From: Antedon mediterranea
Taxonomy: Eukaryota; Animalia; Echinodermata
Assembly (NCBI RefSeq): GCF_964355755.1
Contig: NC_092670.1
Location: 24,104,795-24,168,794, forward strand
Length of the DNA stretch: 64,000 nucleotides
Reading direction: 5' to 3'
Positions 60,263 to 64,000 of the stretch are shown in pieces. Made by a program: the position numbers and the translations under genes. Every line of letters starts with the position of its first letter. Position 1 is the stretch's first letter. The notes beneath the pieces were generated by a model, which worked only from the letters and a program-made list of their open reading frames with translations, made no database searches and was not told the origin of the DNA.

Positions 60263-61339
60263 TATTTACAGTGAATGATGTTTGAAATGCAAAATAATTT
60301 ACAAAATCAGTATAGTGCCCTCTATACATACACTATACCGTGCCAATTTCTAATAGAGGGCCGTTTGTCACCAAAGACCGGCGGTTCTAAAATGATACAA
60401 ATAAGATGCTTTACTCATTGTTTTAATATTTCAAACAAATACGTGTTTAAAAAGATCTTTATAGCCATCTATACATCGCATTATGTTACCAACAAATTTG
60501 GGCCGTATTCTCCGGATCCCTCGAAAGATCTACGTGACGTTTCGGCGATTATTGAAAACACAGTGTGAAATGAGTTTGTGGACAAGGCCTGTTTTCACAT
60601 GGAACATTTGTCCTATAACCTTCTTTTTTTCTTTGCAACAGTTAACCTTTGTAAATTCGTTTTGCTACCGAATTCGTGGCACAATCATTTGTAAGGTTAT
60701 CTTAATCAGCCTATTTGAAATATTTAGATTATGATTAAATGCATGCTATAATATCAAAGATCGTATCTGTTATCTTGTAGGCCTACTAAAATATGAATAT
60801 TTATAATAACATTTTATTTAACAAGTCCTTGTTATAAACATGAGGCGTTTTTGTGAATTTTACAAACATCATGTTCAATCCACATTATATAATTATAAAT
60901 ACTTACTCTGTTATAAATTAAACAAATAACGACATTGATTATGTGCGAATGTAATATTTGTTTATGTACCGGATACACTTTCTTGCGGTATGCAGTCAGG
61001 TATTAGATTGTTGTCTGCATGTTCACTCGTTATATCTAGCTACAACCTGCTACTCTACCATGATGGTAATCAACATGTTATCCCTTACGTAATCGAGGAT
61101 TCTCAAAAGCGGGAGTGTAAAACTCGAGTCAATATTCTGAGTACAGAAATACAGAATATTGTGTTTAATATTCATACCGGTGGACTCGACTATTATACAC
61201 TTTGTAATGCAACCATCAAAAAGCAGGAGCTAGATTATTGGTTCATGCCCCATTTAAGTGTTGACGGTTTTATCCTTTTAAATAAATTATTTTCCAATTC
61301 GTTGATCTTACCCATTTATTATAGGCGTATAAAAAAACC

Positions 61340-62515
61340 AAAAAAATCAAGTCAGAAATTGTCGACAGAAACGTCACCAACTTTCAAACTGATTCAGGTA
61401 GTTATACAAAGTTGACTGCGAAGTCTGTAAAATCAAATAAAAAATCTAAAAAATCAAAGAAAAATTTTCAACAAATATTGAAAATTCTTCTAGTAAACAA
61501 ATTAAAGGAAATTCTAGGAAGGTAGAAAAGGATAAGAAAACTAAAACTACGTAAAAAATTAGTAAAAATTAAGCTAAAGTCAAAGAAACTAAGCAAAATA
61601 CTGAGCAAGCAATTGATACAGATTTGTCAAAAGGTAAGAAACAAGGCCATATAGATGGCTGCAGTCACGTGCTTAGTGTTTACCGACCGACCGACCAACC
61701 TACCAACTGACCGAAATTACTGAACATGTTTAAAAATGTTGAAATGTTTAAAAACAGTTGTATTTTTTTAATTTACACGTGCGTACGTAGCCTGTCACTT
61801 TTGACGTGCTCGTATAACGTAACTTCGAGTTGAAAAGTAAGTCAAGAAAACAGAAATCGGGCAAAAAGAGCGCGCAATAACACTTAACGCGCAGTGCGCG
61901 CGCAAAAATCTGGGCACTCATGGCAATTTTGTAAACGCCTAAAATTGCCTGAAACGTACTCTTATTTCATCGAAAATAAATTTTGAAAATGTTAAACGCG
62001 CGTACGCATGCGTTACATGCGCTACGCACGTAATTGTATTGTCATATGATGATTTATGCCCTGAAATTTATGAGTACCAAATTGTATTTAATTGTGATTC
62101 ATGGTTGTGAAGATATGATTACAAACGTGATTTCGTTAAATCGTGCGTAGACCGCGTAATTTTTTATTGCGCACCGTGAAAACATAACCACATCGATTCC
62201 TGGCCATAAGGAATATACTGTGAAAAAATTGACTTAGCTAGATTAAACTGATATCAAGATAAGGTCAGAAAGCGATAAAACGCATAGTGATACCGGACCG
62301 ACAGACAGACCGACAGACCGACCGACCGATCGACATAGTGAACTATAGAGTCGCTTCCACGCGACTAAAAACGAAAATCAAGTACAAGAAAAAAATCGGT
62401 TGACAAATTAACTTTAACTGACACAAATTCATTGAAAAAAGCAAAGAGCCCTGCAAAAAAGACAACTGTTAAAAAAGTTACCAAAAAAGAAACACCAAAA
62501 AGAACAATTAAATCG
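61340..62515 (+). pseudogene. Duplicated fragment of the last exon of the Lys-rich gene (source about 50495-50940), split by a HINE
   Basis: TCAAGTCAGAAATTGTCGACAGAAACG...GTCAAAAGGTAAGAA [HINE] ACGAAAATCAAGTACAAG...GAAACACCAAAA, with indels and stops. Confidence 0.85.
61641..62370 (-). mobile_element. Complete HINE inserted in an A/T run without TSD
   Basis: The empty site at 50786-50800 (GTAAGAAAAAACGAAAATC) shows insertion inside A6. Both termini are present. Confidence 0.8.
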
Positions 62516-62985
62516 CCACTCTACAGCTCACTATGTCGGTCGGTTGGTCGGTCGGTAAACACTAACTTGTATATGACCTTATCTTGATATCAGTTTAATC
62601 TAGCTAAGTCAATTTTTCACAGTATATTCCTTATGGCCAGGAATCGATGTGGTTATGTTTTGACGGTGCGCAATAAAAAATTACGCGGTCTATGCACGAT
62701 TTAACGAATTCACGTTTGTAATCATATCTTCACAACCATGAATCACAATTAAATAAAATTTGGTACTCATAAATTTCAGGGCATAAATCACCATATGGCA
62801 ATACAATTACGTGCGTAGCGCTTAAACTTTTCTAAATTTATTTTCGATGAAATAAGAGTACGTTTCAGGCAATTTTAAGCGTTTACAAAATTGCCATGAG
62901 TGCGCATATTTTTGCGCGCGCACTGCGCGTTAAATGTTATTACGCACTCTTTTTGCCCGATTTCTGTTTTCTTGACATACTTTTG
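62515..62985 (+). mobile_element. Partial HINE, inverted relative to 61641-62370
   Basis: Reverse complement of about 61835-62350. Confidence 0.7.
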
Positions 62986-64000
62986 CTACAATACAATAAT
63001 ATGCTGTACTTAATGTTTTATTATGTCAAATAAATACCGTATCGTCTTTTGAAACGATCTTTGTAGCCATTTAAACATAATTATGTCGCATTATGTTACC
63101 AACAAATCTTGGCCGTATTCTTCGGATTAATGAAAACGCAGTGTGAAATGAGTTTATGGAAACGAGACTTATATACAAGGTTCTTTTCAAACATGGAACA
63201 TTTGGCCTATAACCTTCTTTTTTTCTTTGCAACAGTTAGGCCCAAACCTCTGTAAATCGCGTTGCATTCGTTTCGCTACCGAATTCGTGGCACATTCATT
63301 AAAAGCGTTATCTCAATCGGTCTACTTGAACTGTTTAGATTATGATTAAATACATGCTATAATAATATCAAAGATCGCATCTGTTATCTTTTACTAAAAT
63401 ATGAATATTTATAATAAAAACATTCATACTACCCGTTTTACCAGAATGTATTTTATTCAAGTCTTTGTTATGAACATGTGGTGTTTTTTGTGAATTTTAC
63501 AAACATCGTGTTCAATCCACTATATATTACAAATACTTACTGTGTTATAAATTAAACAAATTTAACGACACTGATTATGTGCGAATAAAATATTTACTAT
63601 GGATAAAAAATATCACATCAATTAACATTCAGTGCCTGATTTTGCGGTATGGAACTAGTTAGAGTACCTCGAGGTCTCACTTGTGTGTGTATGTGCCACT
63701 GGCCAATCTAGCTATCAACCTGGTACCTTTACCTGATGGTATCCACATGCTATCTCGTGATAAATCGAGAATCAAAAGCTCGAGTCTCTAAAACTCGAGT
63801 CGTCTGTACACAGATATTGTGTTACAGAATATTGTGTTTAATATTCATAACGACTATTATTACACTTTGTGATGCAACCATCACAGCCAGGAGCACCTGC
63901 TAGATCGTTGGTTCAACCCCATACCCCATGTGTTAAAGGTTTATCCTTTTAATTAAAATTATTTTCCAATTCTTTGATCGTATATATTAGGCTTATATAC

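Larger units (their letters stand above)
60410..63990 (+). repeat. Local direct duplication of about 0.9 kb (60410-61320 vs 63000-63990)
   Basis: Shared blocks CATTATGTTACCAACAAAT, CTACCGAATTCGTGGCACA, TTTTACAAACATC.TGTTCAATCCAC and ACAGAATATTGTGTTTAATATTCATA. Confidence 0.8.

Noticed and set aside
60990-61415. 141-aa ORF as a protein-coding gene
   Set aside because: The paralogous copy at 63640-63990 has frame-breaking indels, the ORF's tail runs into the duplicated Lys-rich fragment, and no domain is recognised

Overview
AT-rich, intron-containing animal genomic DNA, probably a marine invertebrate (an echinoderm is plausible but cannot be proven from this window). All confident genes are on the + strand: NUBP2, two tandem cGAS-like receptors (cGLR, Mab21 nucleotidyltransferase fold), GRWD1, UBE2I/Ubc9, a KDEL receptor and a 927-aa Lys/Ser/Thr-rich SPKK-repeat protein. 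They are interspersed with Helentron-like elements, MITEs, SINEs (including a 5S+tRNA chimeric SINE) and LINE fragments. Main discovery: the cGLR ORFs do not end where the ORF track ends them. In both copies the 'stop' lies inside a consensus splice donor (AG|GTAAGC), and a chain of in-phase micro-exons adds an acidic Ser-rich linker and a membrane-targeting end. Copy B (21796-24468) ends in an acidic dileucine motif, a Cys pair and a C-terminal transmembrane tail anchor. In copy A (16846-20093) the same exon has been changed into a polybasic + Cys + CaaX (CLIS*) prenylation end, but copy A also carries a frameshift. This suggests a membrane-targeted cyclic-dinucleotide sensor family with possible soluble and anchored isoforms, conceptually like OAS1 p42/p46. 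Splice models were derived by eye and need RNA-seq confirmation.
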